A stretch of DNA of 63,444 nt, the filler included, from Reclinomonas americana ATCC 50394 (taxonomy: Eukaryota): assembly GCA_048213135.1 (NCBI GenBank). It is 21 parts of 21 records of this genome, joined end to end, with 100 filler letters (N's around TTAATTAATTAA, not from the genome) between each part and the next. Parts side by side here need not be neighbours in the genome. Positions count along the whole stretch, not along the records: positions 18,467 to 20,856 come from AFZH01023833.1; positions 20,957 to 22,539 come from AFZH01023834.1; positions 22,640 to 24,116 come from AFZH01023836.1; positions 24,217 to 26,805 come from AFZH01023838.1; positions 26,906 to 28,113 come from AFZH01023839.1; positions 28,214 to 30,464 come from AFZH01023840.1; 15 more parts are not named here. One strand, written 5' to 3'. Shown one piece after another: positions 19,894 through 30,119 of the stretch. The position numbers were made by a program, and so were the translations under genes. The stretch's first letter is position 1. Every line of letters begins with the position of its first letter. The notes beneath the pieces are model-generated. The model saw only the letters and a list, made by a program, of their open reading frames with translations. It did no database searches and was not told the DNA's origin.

Positions 19894-20856
19894 CTAGCCG
19901 TGCCCGCCGATGATCGGCAGGATTTCGCCGGTGATGTAGCTGGAGCAGTGCGGCGAGGCTAGGAAGACATAGGCCGGGGCGATCTCCTCCGGCTGCGCCG
20001 GCCGCTTCATCGGCACTTGGGAGCCGAATTTCGCCACCGCCTCCGCCGGCCGGTCGGACGGATTGAGCGGTGTCCAGACCGGGCCCGGTGCGACGGCGTT
20101 GACCCTGATCCCGCGCGGCAGCAGATGCGCCGCCAGCGAGCGGGTGAAGGAGTGGATGCCGCCCTTGGTCGTGGCGTAGTCGATCAGCTCCTTGCTGCCC
20201 TCCAGCCCGACGACCGAGCCGGTATTGACGATGGCGCAGCCCGTGCCGAGATGCGGCAATGCCGCCTGCGTCAGGTGGAAATAGCCATGCAGATTGGTGC
20301 GGATCGTCGTGTCGAAATGCTCCTCGCTCAGATCCTCGAAGCGCGGCGAATGCACCTGGAAGGCGGCGTTATTGACGAGGATGTCGAGCCCGCCGAGCGC
20401 CTTCACCGTCTTCGCCACGGCGTTCCGGCAGAAGGTCGCGTCACGCACGTCGCCGGAGATGGCGATGCCTTTGCGCCCTTCCTTCTCGATCGCGGCCAGA
20501 GTGTCCTTCGCATCCACGTTCTCGCCGAGATGCAGGATCGCGACATCGGCGCCCTCGCGCGCGAACAGCACCGCGACGGCCCGCCCGATGCCGGAATCAC
20601 CGCCACTGATCAGCGCGACCTTGCCCTCCAGCTTGCCTGAACCTTTGTAATAGGGCGCATCATACATCGGCGCCGGATCGAGCGCCGCTTCCGAGCCGGG
20701 TTTGGCCTGGTGCTGGGGCTTGAAGGGCGGCACGGGATAGAGCCTCGCGCCGGCCTGCACCGCGCCATCCTTCGGCTTCATAGGCCGGGCCTCGGCGCGG
20801 GCGACCTCCTTCTGGATCCGCCGCTGCTGCTTGGCTGCCGCCTTCACCGTTTTGGG
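19894..20856 (-). CDS. SDR oxidoreductase (YdaD/YhdF general-stress type), 5' end likely in gap
   Basis: YKGSGKLEGKVALISGGDSGIG, NNAA, YATTK, PGPVWTPL, RPAQPEEIAPAYVFLAS. Confidence 0.9.
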   Translation of the reverse strand, partial: PKTVKAAAKQQRRIQKEVARAEARPMKPKDGAVQAGARLYPVPPFKPQHQAKPGSEAALDPAPMYDAPYYKGSGKLEGKVALISGGDSGIGRAVAVLFAREGADVAILHLGENVDAKDTLAAIEKEGRKGIAISGDVRDATFCRNAVAKTVKALGGLDILVNNAAFQVHSPRFEDLSEEHFDTTIRTNLHGYFHLTQAALPHLGTGCAIVNTGSVVGLEGSKELIDYATTKGGIHSFTRSLAAHLLPRGIRVNAVAPGPVWTPLNPSDRPAEAVAKFGSQVPMKRPAQPEEIAPAYVFLASPHCSSYITGEILPIIGGHG

Positions 20857-20956
20857 NNNNNNNNNNNNNNNNNNNNNNNNNNNNNNNNNNNNNNNNNNNN
20901 TTAATTAATTAANNNNNNNNNNNNNNNNNNNNNNNNNNNNNNNNNNNNNNNNNNNN

Positions 20957-21207
20957 GGCGGGGCCGGGCTTTTTAGCGCTTCGGGGGGCTCAGGCAGCCT
21001 CGATATGGCGATGCCGTCGACGATCATGTTGGTGGCGCGGCCGGCGACGCCCGCCACGGTGGTCGGGACACCCGCGGTCGTCAGGGCGATGCCGAAAATC
21101 GTCTGGCCGAGGCCGGCGCCGGACACGCCGTCGAACTCGGCATCGGTCAGGGCGACGCGGGTGTCGCGGGCGGTGTCGAGGGCGTTGCTGTGGGTGTTGG
21201 TCATCAT
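20957..21207 (-). CDS. Small peptide with double-glycine-type leader (bacteriocin/RiPP-like precursor)
   Basis: LTDAEFDGVSGA followed by a Gly/Ala/Thr-rich hydrophobic core; RBS GAGAGGAAG. Confidence 0.6.
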
Positions 21208-21319
21208 CGGTCTTCCTCTCGCTTTCGGTCGTTGCTGCTTCGTCCGGCCTGACGAGAGATCTTTGACCAGGCCGCGCTTACACGGGCCCTACAGTTGAAA
21301 GATATCTGCCGAAACGATT

Positions 21320-21344
21320 GGAACATGCTCGGGCGGGACACGTT
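21320..21344 (+). promoter_or_regulatory. EcfG-type promoter
   Basis: GGAAC-N16-CGTT, exact consensus, upstream of the PRC-barrel gene. Confidence 0.7.
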
Positions 21345-21379
21345 GATGGCCCGGCTGGGATAAAAAGTTTGGAGAATTC

Positions 21380-21784
21380 ATGATGCGCAAATTGATCGTC
21401 GCTCTTGCCGTTGCCACGTCGTTCGTTGGAGCGACCGCTCTGCACGCGCAGACCGCGACGACTGCCACGCGCGAAGTCTACGTCAAGGCGATGCCTACCG
21501 ACGTTCTGAGCAGCAACCTCATCGGTCTCAACGTTCACAACAATGCGAAGGAGACCGTCGGCGAGATCAAGGACCTCGTCGTCTCGAACGGCAACCTGTC
21601 CGGCCTGATCCTCTCCGTCGGCGGTTTCCTCGGCATCGGCGAGCGCTATGTCGTCGTCACGCCTGCGGCCGTCAAAGTCGTCTACTCCGAGAACGACAAG
21701 AAGTGGTCGGCGACCATGGACACGACCAAGGACGCCCTGAAGGCTGCGCCGGAGTTCAAGTACGAAGGCCGCTGGAGCAAGTGA
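21380..21784 (+). CDS. Secreted PRC-barrel domain protein
   Basis: SSNLIGLNVHN..ETVGEIKDLV...SVGGFLGIGERYV...TKDALKAAPEF. Confidence 0.9.
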   Translation: MMRKLIVALAVATSFVGATALHAQTATTATREVYVKAMPTDVLSSNLIGLNVHNNAKETVGEIKDLVVSNGNLSGLILSVGGFLGIGERYVVVTPAAVKVVYSENDKKWSATMDTTKDALKAAPEFKYEGRWSK

Positions 21785-21858
21785 TCAAGTGATCCGGTCC
21801 GGTTGCCGGACCTGAGCCAGACCGCTCGAGCCTGCGCTGTCCAGCCAAGGTTCGGGCG

Positions 21859-21894
21859 GAGGCCCGCTGCTCTCGACGGGCCGCGGGCCTTTTC
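21859..21894 (+). terminator. Intrinsic terminator
   Basis: GAGGCCCGC...GCGGGCCTTTT. Confidence 0.55.
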
Positions 21895-21940
21895 ATTTCC
21901 TGATGCGAGAGCGACCAGCGCGCCAAGGCGGAGATCAAGA

Positions 21941-22186
21941 ATGACGAATCCGAGCGATCCCGACATTCGTGCCGCAAATGCGCGCGCGGAACACCAGAAC
22001 GAGACGCCGGGCGGGGATGCCGTCACCCCCATGCATCCGGATCCTCACTCCAGTGCCGAGCCGGCTGTGGAAACGCCGGTAGAAGCGCGTCAGGGCTTTC
22101 TGGGCGTTCCGGTCTTGGCGGTGCTGATCGTCGGGCTGCTGCTGACCGGCATCGCGGGCTTCGCGGTCCACTTCGCCATGCGGTAA
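21941..22186 (+). CDS. Small C-terminally anchored membrane protein
   Basis: EARQGFLGVPVLAVL plus one TM helix; RBS GGAG before ATG. Confidence 0.65.
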   Translation: MTNPSDPDIRAANARAEHQNETPGGDAVTPMHPDPHSSAEPAVETPVEARQGFLGVPVLAVLIVGLLLTGIAGFAVHFAMR

Positions 22187-22256
22187 TGCGGGAAGGCCTG
22201 CGCCCGCGGATCGGTTCGTCCGAGCGGAATGTCCCGTGTCCCGACCTAGGCGGCCA

Positions 22257-22539
22257 TCAGCGCCCGAACCTGTCGAGCAGGCGGTTCCATCTCATGCCGA
22301 GGTCGAGCACGGCGCTGCGGGCGAAATGGAAGGGGAAGGGCTTGATCGGCGTGTTCGGCAGGCCGGTCGCCTCCGGCTGGCCGGCGAGCTTGCGGCCGAG
22401 CCAGGCGCCGCGTCGGTTCGCCAGTGCGACGCCGCGGCCATTGTAGCCGACCATGACGTGCAGCTCGTCGTCGAGCGCGTGATAATGCGGCAGGTAGTCG
22501 AAGGTGATGCCGACCAGCCCGGTCCAGCGATAGGCGATC
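22257..22539 (-). CDS. FAD-dependent oxidoreductase (DadA/PuuB-like), C-terminal fragment
   Basis: YRWTGLVGITFDYLPH...GYNGRGVALA. Confidence 0.75.
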
Positions 22540-22639
22540 NNNNNNNNNNNNNNNNNNNNNNNNNNNNNNNNNNNNNNNNNNNNTTAATTAATTAANNNNN
22601 NNNNNNNNNNNNNNNNNNNNNNNNNNNNNNNNNNNNNNN

Positions 22640-22993
22640 GCCATAGGTCCGCACCAAGAGATTGGTCCAGAACGGGATCAGGATGCAGACCAGGATCACC
22701 GCCTTGCCGATCCCTCCGGCGCGGTTGAGCTGATAGGCCAGCGGATAGCCCAGCAGCACGCACAGCATCGCCGTCTGCGCGCTCAGCAGCAGCGTCCGCC
22801 CGACGACGCGCAGATAGGTCGGTTCGGTGAAAATCTTCACATAATGCACGAGCGCGCCGGCGCGATCGCCGAAGCTGGTCGCGACCAGTTGCGCGACGGG
22901 CCAGACGAACAGGCCTGCGACGAGCAGGAAACCCGGCAGGATCAGGGCCGCCGGGACGGCGCTGCGCAATCTGGCGGGCATCGCCGCTCCCAT
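22640..22993 (-). CDS. Polyamine/opine-type ABC permease (PotB-like), 3' truncated
   Basis: LLGYPLAY, IPFWTNLLVRTYG. Confidence 0.85.
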
Positions 22994-23006
22994 CGCCCCG
23001 CTCCGC

Positions 23007-24080
23007 TCAGGACAGCTTCCAGGCGTTCACTTTTTCGGTCGCGGCGGCGAGATTGGCGCCCCACCATTTCTCGCCCATCACCACGGCGTCCTTCATCTGC
23101 GGGCCGCCGGAGAGGATGGCGGCGCGCTCGGCCGGGATCATTTCGAAGGCCTTGGGGACGACGGGGCCGTAGGTATAGGCCTTGGCGATCGCGGCCTGTG
23201 CGTCTGGCGTCAGCGCGAAGGCCAGGAACTGCATCGCCTGCTTGGCGCGCGGCGCGCCCTTCGGCACCACCATCGCCGACCAGGTCAGGAAGGCGAGGTT
23301 GTTGGCGATCTCGATCGGTGCGCCGTTCTTCTTGGCGCTCAGCGCCCGCCCGTCCGGGACGAGGCCGATCACGGCCTGGCCGTCCGTGATGAACTGCTCG
23401 GCCTGGGCATTGGTCTCGTAGAACAAGATATCGTCGCGGATCGTCGACAGCTTCTTCAGCGCGCGCTCGATGTCGAGCGGATAGAGCGCCGAGGGGGCGA
23501 CGCCGTCGGCGAGCAGGGCGGCCTCCAGGAAGGCGCCGTTCGCCTTCGAATAGAAGGCACGCTTGCCGGGGAATTTCTTGGTGTCGAAGACATCCGCGAA
23601 GGTCGCCGGGCCGGGCGAGAACTTCTTATTGTAGGCGATCAGCCGCGAGAACAGCACCTGGGGCACCGAATAGGGCGTCACCAGATCGTTGCCGGTCATG
23701 ATCGGCGTCTTGTCGACGACGCCGAAGTCGATCGGCTCCAGCAGCTTCTTCTCGGGGCCGATCCACTGGAAGTCCGGCAGCACCTCGACGATGTCCCACT
23801 CTGTCTTGCCGGCCTCGACCATCGCCTGGATGCGCCCATAAGCGTTGCCCGAGACGGTCCGGATGCCGATGCCGGTCTTCTGCGTGAACGGCTTGAACCA
23901 GGCCTCGCGCATCGCCGCCTCCCAGGAGCCGCCCCAGCTCGCGAAGACGAGCTCGCCGGACTGCGCCTTCAGGATCGACGGCGCTGCGACGGAGGCCAGA
24001 GCAGCCGTCGACAGCTTGAGGAGATCGCGGCGGCTGGCGCCGCGATGGGGCCGGGATGTCCAGTCGCGAGGGGACGTCAT
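23007..24080 (-). CDS. Polyamine/opine-type ABC substrate-binding protein, Tat signal
   Basis: SRRDLLK, ASWGG, LEAALLADGV..LYPLDIERA. Confidence 0.88.
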   Translation of the reverse strand: MTSPRDWTSRPHRGASRRDLLKLSTAALASVAAPSILKAQSGELVFASWGGSWEAAMREAWFKPFTQKTGIGIRTVSGNAYGRIQAMVEAGKTEWDIVEVLPDFQWIGPEKKLLEPIDFGVVDKTPIMTGNDLVTPYSVPQVLFSRLIAYNKKFSPGPATFADVFDTKKFPGKRAFYSKANGAFLEAALLADGVAPSALYPLDIERALKKLSTIRDDILFYETNAQAEQFITDGQAVIGLVPDGRALSAKKNGAPIEIANNLAFLTWSAMVVPKGAPRAKQAMQFLAFALTPDAQAAIAKAYTYGPVVPKAFEMIPAERAAILSGGPQMKDAVVMGEKWWGANLAAATEKVNAWKLS

Positions 24081-24216
24081 GGGGCACTCCTTCGGTCGCG
24101 CCTTGCAAGGTTTGCGNNNNNNNNNNNNNNNNNNNNNNNNNNNNNNNNNNNNNNNNNNNNTTAATTAATTAANNNNNNNNNNNNNNNNNNNNNNNNNNNN
24201 NNNNNNNNNNNNNNNN

Positions 24217-24479
24217 GGAAACAGCGCATAGCTCTGGAAGACGATGCCCATGCCGCGCCGGTTCGCCGGCACGCCCGCAAGATCGCGGCCGTCGAGCAGG
24301 ACGCGCCCGCCGCTCGGCTCCTCGAAGCCGGCGACGATGTTGAGGGTCGTGGTCTTGCCGCAGCCGGAGGGGCCGAGCAGCCCGACGAATTCGCCCGGTT
24401 CGATCGAAAGGTCGATCCCCGCGAGCGCGGTGAAATTGGCGAAGCGCTTGGTCAGCGCCTCGAGCGCGATCTTGGCCAT
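24217..24479 (-). CDS. ABC ATP-binding protein (PotA-like), 3' truncated
   Basis: LLGPSGCGKTT, VFQSYALF. Confidence 0.92.
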
Positions 24480-24594
24480 GGGCTTGGAAGGCTCGTTCGG
24501 GGAAGGGTCCGGCCGGGCAGGGCCGGCCGGACTGAACGCAATTCCAGCAGAAATGTGCAGCGGTTCTGCGTCCGGAATTGCAAGAAGGCTGGGC

Positions 24595-25644
24595 TCAGCG
24601 TTCGACTTCGCGGTTCCAGCGCTGCGTCCAGGCGGCGCGGTTCTGGTTGACGACCGGCCAGTCGATCTTGGCGAGCTTGCCGACGGCCTCGTCGCCGACG
24701 GCGAGGCCCTCCTTCTCTTGCTCGGTCAGCTCGGTCTTGCGGTTGACCGGGCCGTAGCCCGCCTTGGCGAAGACCTTCTGGATCTCGGGCGAAAGCATGT
24801 GCTGGATGAATTCCTGCGCCTGCGCCGGCACGTCGCTGTCGACGACCGGGCACATCGTCACCATCAGCGCCGCGGCGCCTTCCTCGGGCTCGACGGCCTG
24901 CAGCGGCAGCCCTTCCTTCTTCAGTGCGACGGCGCGCGAGCGCGCGACCACCGTCATCGCGATCTCGCCGCTCTGCAGCAGCTCCTCCAGCTTCGGCGCC
25001 GAGGGAGCGAAGGTCACGATGTTCGGCCGAATCTCGTCCTTGAAGGCCTTGAAGCCGGGGGCGATATTGGCTTCGCCGCCGCCCTTGGCGCGTGCGACCA
25101 TGATCAGCCCGTGCAAGCCGGTCGTGCTGGCGGCGCCCAGAAGCGCGAGCTGGCCCTTATAGGCGCTGTTGCCGAGATCGCCCCAGGAGGTCGGGACGGG
25201 CAGGCCTTTCTCCTTGAAGATCTTGGTGTTGTAGACCGGCGCGGTGACGCCGATGCCGAACGCGATGGCCTGGTCGGCGAGCTTCGCGATCGGATAGATG
25301 TCGTCCAGCACCGGCGCCTTCTGGATCGGTGCGCAGAAGCCGAACTGCACCGCCTGATACATCGGGCCGTCATCGACGATCGCGATATCGATCTCCTGCT
25401 TGCTGCGCTGGGCCTGCAGCTTCGCCAGCGTCGCGGTCGACTGTCCGGCGACGTATTCGATCTTGACGGAGTTGGCCTTCTCGAAGGACGGGATCACCGA
25501 ATCCCGCATCAGACGCTCGAACGAGCCGCCATAGCCGGCGATGTACATGGTGTCCTGCGCGAGAGCGCCGGACGCCATCCAGCCCGTGGCGGACAGCGCC
25601 ATTCCGAGCGCGAGCGAACAGATTCCGTGACGCGGAGAATTCAT
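24595..25644 (-). CDS. ABC substrate-binding protein (PotD/PotF-like family)
   Basis: Signal peptide, AGYGGS, PTSWGDL, PEEG, DW..VNQNRAAWTQRWN. Confidence 0.85.
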   Translation of the reverse strand: MNSPRHGICSLALGMALSATGWMASGALAQDTMYIAGYGGSFERLMRDSVIPSFEKANSVKIEYVAGQSTATLAKLQAQRSKQEIDIAIVDDGPMYQAVQFGFCAPIQKAPVLDDIYPIAKLADQAIAFGIGVTAPVYNTKIFKEKGLPVPTSWGDLGNSAYKGQLALLGAASTTGLHGLIMVARAKGGGEANIAPGFKAFKDEIRPNIVTFAPSAPKLEELLQSGEIAMTVVARSRAVALKKEGLPLQAVEPEEGAAALMVTMCPVVDSDVPAQAQEFIQHMLSPEIQKVFAKAGYGPVNRKTELTEQEKEGLAVGDEAVGKLAKIDWPVVNQNRAAWTQRWNREVER

Positions 25645-25801
25645 GCCGGCGACCCCTCTTTCTTGCCTGATTGCCCTCAGGGTTCCGGTCGCAGGGGTAT
25701 CTGTCAATTGACGAAATATGGATCGATCGATCCGGATTTGATATGAGGTGTGAGGCAGCTCTCACCGAGATTGCAGTGCGCTGGCGAGGGAGTGCCTTGA
25801 T

Positions 25802-26704
25802 TTGACGCAGATCGGTCACAAGCACTGGGAGGCCTTCAACGCGGTGCTGCATGTCGGCAGCTTCACCCAGGCTGCGCGCATGCTGCGGACGTCGCAGCCC
25901 TCGATCTCCAGGCTGTTGAAGGAATTGCAGGAGCGCCTCGGCTTCGCCCTTTTCACCCGGGCGGATGGGCGCAGCTGGCCGACGGCGGAAGCGCTCGCTT
26001 TGCATGACGAGGTCGAGCGCAGCTTCGTCGGGCTGGAGCGCATCGCCGAGCGTGCGGCCCAGATCAAGGAGCGGCGCGTCGAGCAGCTCAGGATCGTCAG
26101 CATGCCGGCGCTGGCCCACCAGTTCCTGCCGGCGGCGCTCGCCCGCTTCCTGAGAGAGCACCAGGGCGTCGCCGCCGCGCTCCAGGTCCAGCGTTCGGAG
26201 ACGATCGCCTCCTGGGTCTCGACCCGCCAGTTCGACATCGGCTTCGCCATGCTGCCGATGGAGAAGCCGGGGGTCGAGATCGAGCTGTTCGACCCCGCCA
26301 TCGGGGTCTGCGTGATGCTGCCCGATCATCCCCTCGCGGCGCGCGAGGTGATCACGCCGCGCGACCTGCACGGACTGGCCTTCGTCGGCAAGGGGCGTGA
26401 TAGCTTCCCGCATCTGCCGTTCCAGCAGGCTCTCGACGATGCCGGTTCCGTCCCGGATATCCGCGTCGACACGCCGATCGCCGCCGTGGCCTGTGAGCTC
26501 GTGGCCAGTGGCGTCGGTATCACCGTCACCGACCGCTTCACCGCCAATGCCTTCGCCTCCAGGGGGCTCGTCTGGCGCCGCTTCGAGCCGGACGTGCCCT
26601 ATAATTTCGGCGTGCTGTTCCCTTCGCACAGCCAGCGCACCCGCCTGGTCGAGGAGTTCATCCGCTTTCTACGCAGCGAGAGCCTGGCGGCGCAGCAGCA
26701 ATAG
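25802..26704 (+). CDS. LysR family transcriptional regulator
   Basis: GSFTQAARMLRTSQPSISR...LGFALFTR...PTAEA. Confidence 0.93.
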   Translation: MTQIGHKHWEAFNAVLHVGSFTQAARMLRTSQPSISRLLKELQERLGFALFTRADGRSWPTAEALALHDEVERSFVGLERIAERAAQIKERRVEQLRIVSMPALAHQFLPAALARFLREHQGVAAALQVQRSETIASWVSTRQFDIGFAMLPMEKPGVEIELFDPAIGVCVMLPDHPLAAREVITPRDLHGLAFVGKGRDSFPHLPFQQALDDAGSVPDIRVDTPIAAVACELVASGVGITVTDRFTANAFASRGLVWRRFEPDVPYNFGVLFPSHSQRTRLVEEFIRFLRSESLAAQQQ

Positions 26705-26905
26705 GCTGCGCGACGGCTGACATCTGGGCAGGCCACGGCCAGGTATGAAGCTTGGGACGGCACACCGTGAAACCAGTGGTGGTGCGGAGCGGTGGGTTGA
26801 CTTGCNNNNNNNNNNNNNNNNNNNNNNNNNNNNNNNNNNNNNNNNNNNNTTAATTAATTAANNNNNNNNNNNNNNNNNNNNNNNNNNNNNNNNNNNNNNN
26901 NNNNN

Positions 26906-27362
26906 CTTCATCGGTTTCGCCACGGCGCCGCTGCCTGACCGGCGCTATTACGAGGACGTCTACAATTTTCGCGGCGTGATCGAGCCTTGGGCTGCGGCTG
27001 AGGCAGCCAGGCGCAGGCCCGGCCCGGATGTCATCGCGGCGCTGCGCGGCGAGGTCGCGACGATGATGGCCGGCGAGCCGTCGCGCGAATATCGCAGCCA
27101 TCGCGGCTTCACCGAGGGCGACGACCGCTTCCACCGCCTCATCCTGCAGGCCGCCGGCAACCAGGTCGCGCTCAAGAGCTATGACGACCTGCGCTTCCAC
27201 CTGCACATCTCGCGGCTCTACCTGACCCGCGAGCAGGATGTCGGCCTGACCCACCGGGAGCATTTGCGCATCGTCGACGCGCTCGAAGCCGGCGATCCCG
27301 ATGCGGCAGCGCAGGCCATGCGCCTGCATCTCGAAGGATCCTACGAGCGATTGATCAAATAG
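26906..27362 (+). CDS. GntR family regulator (FCD domain), 5' truncated
   Basis: RGVIEP, DDRFH..I..AAGN, EHLRIVDAL, MRLHL. Confidence 0.85.
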
Positions 27363-27415
27363 CCGCAACGCCCCGAGGCCGAAAACGGTCCGGTTCAACA
27401 CCAGGGAGGACACGC

Positions 27416-28113
27416 ATGATCCTGAGACGCATCGCCGCCGCGGCCTTGATCGCCGGCAGCTTGATCGCCGGCGCGGCGCAGGCGCAGACCCTGCGCTTCG
27501 GCCACGCCAACACCACCGCCGAGATCGCCGGCGAACTCTTCCAGGAGTTCGCCGAGCGGGTGAACAAGGGTACCGGCGGCGCCGTCACCATCCGGGTCTT
27601 TCCGGCCGAACAGCTCGGCAAGGAGGTCGACCTCTTCAAGCAGGTCAAGGAGGGCGCGCTCGACCTGTCCGCGCCGTCGATGGCGGCAGCCTCCTCGCTG
27701 GTGCCGGCGCTGGAAATCCCCAGCGCGCCCTTCCTCTGGAAGGATTGGAGCGAGGCCGAAGCGATCATCCGCTCCGACGCCTTCGATCCCGTGTTCGACG
27801 AGTTGCGCGACAAGCACAACATCGTGCCGGTGACCCGCATCTGGTACTGGGGCTGGCGCAACATGACGACGCTCGACCGCGCCGTGAAGAAGCCGGAGGA
27901 CCTGCAGGGCCTGAAGATACGCGTGCCGGAAAGCCCGGTCTGGGTCGAGACGATCAAGGCCTATGGCGCGGCGCCGACGCCGGTGCCGTTCGGCGAGGTC
28001 TATACCGCGCTCCAGCAGAAGACGGTCGACGGGCAGGAGAACCCGATCCCGACGATCTTCTCGCGCAAGTTCTACGAGGTGCAGGGCTTCGTCGCGATGA
28101 CCAAGCACATGCT
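27416..28113 (+). CDS. dctP: TRAP transporter substrate-binding protein, 3' truncated
   Basis: FPAEQLG.E, DLQGLKIRVP, EVYTALQQKTVDGQEN. Confidence 0.92.
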
Positions 28114-28213
28114 NNNNNNNNNNNNNNNNNNNNNNNNNNNNNNNNNNNNNNNNNNNNTTAATTAATTAANNNNNNNNNNNNNNNNNNNNNNNNNNNNNNN
28201 NNNNNNNNNNNNN

Positions 28214-28821
28214 GATCATCGTCGGCTTCCGCGCCGGGCTGTTCACCGCGACCCGAGATCGCCGGCGTCGCCGCCGCCTACTCTCTCGTCGTCGGCATGC
28301 TGGTCTATCGCACGATCCGCCTCGCCGACCTGCCGGCGATCCTGGTCGGCACGGCGCGCGAGACCGCGGTCATCCTCGCTATCGTCGCGGCAGCCTCGCC
28401 CTTCAGCTGGATCCTCGCCGTCGACCAGGCGCCCCAGCTCGTCACCGACTTCATGAAGTCGATCTCGACCGACCCGCTGGTCGTGCTGCTGATCCTGAAC
28501 ATCGCTTTGCTGATCGCCGGCATGTTCATGGAGACGATCGCCATCATGATCATCCTGGTGCCGATCCTCCTGCCGCTGCTGACCGCCTTGCAGATCGACC
28601 TCGTGCATTTCGGCATCGTGCTCCTGGTCAACCTCGTCATCGGCCAGGTGACGCCGCCGGTGGGGGTGCTCTGCTTCGTCGCCATGGCGATCACCCGTGA
28701 AAAACTCGGGCCGCTCTTCCGCGAGCTCTGGCCCTTCCTGATCGCGCTGATCGTCGCTCTCGCCATCATCACCTATGTGCCCGCGCTCAGCCTGTGGCTG
28801 CCGCGTGTGGCCGGTTTCTAA
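28214..28821 (+). CDS. dctM: TRAP transporter large permease, 5' truncated, with an apparent 1-nt insertion near 28253
   Basis: GLFTAT(E) motif out of frame with the rest; IDLVHFG, TPPVG, P.LSLWLP. Confidence 0.88.
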
Positions 28822-28830
28822 GGGACCCTC

Positions 28831-30012
28831 ATGACCAGGATCAGCGAAGTCGAGATCGTCGAATTCTCGTTCAAGGCCAGGAATCTCGGGCCGTCCGCCG
28901 ATAACGCCCGCGCCGTCTACAATATCGGCTACAAGCCGAATTCAGAGCTGCAACTGACCAAGTTCGCCGTCGTCATCCGCAGCGAGGACGGCGCCGAAGG
29001 GCAATATGTCATGCATTGGGGCGGCACCCGCGCCACCATGGCGCAGACGCTCTCGCTGGCGCCCAACATCCTCGGCCGCAATCCCGATCACCGCGAGGAG
29101 ATCTGGAACGACATGAAGCGCGAGCTGCGCCAGCATGACGGCATGGGCATCGGGCCGATCGACATCGCGCTCTGGGACCTCGCCGGCAAGCGCTTCGGCG
29201 CCTCGGTCTCGCAACTGCTCGGCGGCTACCGCACGAAGCTCAAGACCTATGCCTCGACCTATCATGGCGACCGCAATGGCGGCCTCGACAGCAAGGAGGC
29301 CTTCGTTGACTTCGCCGAGGCCTGCTACGAGCTCGGCTACCGCGCCTTCAAGGTCCATGGCTGGCATGATGGCGACGCGCGCGAGGAAGCCGCCAACGTC
29401 CTGCACGTCGCCAAGGCGGTCGGCGACCGGATGACGCTGATGCTCGACCCCGCCAACGAGCTCAGGACCTTCGCTGATGCGCTCTATGTCGGGCGTGCGT
29501 GCGACGAGGGCAACTACTTCTGGTACGAGGATCCGATGCGCGATTGCGGCGTCTCGGCCTTCGCCCACAAGAAGCTGCGCGAGATGCTGAAGACGCCGAT
29601 CCTGCAGACCGAATATCTGCGCGGCTTCGAGCCGAAGGCCGATTTCCTGATCAATGGCGGGACCGACGCGCTGCGCTCCGATCCGGAATACGATCTCGGC
29701 ATCACCGGCGCGATGAAGATCGCCCATCTCGCCGAGGCCTTCGGCGTCGATGTCGAGATCCATGCCTGCGGCCCGGCCCATCGCCACTGCATGGCCGCGA
29801 CCCGCAACACCAATTTCTACGAGCTGGCGCTGGTCGGCCCCGATTGCCCGAACGCGGTGCCGCCGGTCTATGCCTGCGGCTACAGCGACCAGCTCGACGG
29901 CGTCGACAAGGATGGCTGCTTCCCGGTCCCGACCGGTCCCGGCCTCGGCGTCACCTATGACTGGGACTACATCCGGGCGCATGAGACGGCGCGGGAGATG
30001 TTCAAGCTATAG
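28831..30012 (+). CDS. Mandelate racemase/muconate lactonizing (enolase superfamily) protein
   Basis: IDIALWDLAGK, metal ligands MLD / WYEDP / QTE, EIH, PTGPGLG. Confidence 0.9.
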   Translation: MTRISEVEIVEFSFKARNLGPSADNARAVYNIGYKPNSELQLTKFAVVIRSEDGAEGQYVMHWGGTRATMAQTLSLAPNILGRNPDHREEIWNDMKRELRQHDGMGIGPIDIALWDLAGKRFGASVSQLLGGYRTKLKTYASTYHGDRNGGLDSKEAFVDFAEACYELGYRAFKVHGWHDGDAREEAANVLHVAKAVGDRMTLMLDPANELRTFADALYVGRACDEGNYFWYEDPMRDCGVSAFAHKKLREMLKTPILQTEYLRGFEPKADFLINGGTDALRSDPEYDLGITGAMKIAHLAEAFGVDVEIHACGPAHRHCMAATRNTNFYELALVGPDCPNAVPPVYACGYSDQLDGVDKDGCFPVPTGPGLGVTYDWDYIRAHETAREMFKL

Positions 30013-30119
30013 GCTGTCCCTGGACGCAGTCTTCCGCGCCTGCCATTCGGTGATATCACTGCCGCGGGGAGGGGCTTTGAACTCTGCCTGTTCCGCATCC
30101 GGCTTCGTCGATCAGCGCT

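Noticed and set aside
24104..24116. Sigma-54 promoter upstream of the Tat-exported binding protein (CGC-AAACC-TTGCA on minus strand)
   Set aside because: The -24 GG would fall in the gap, so it cannot be supported
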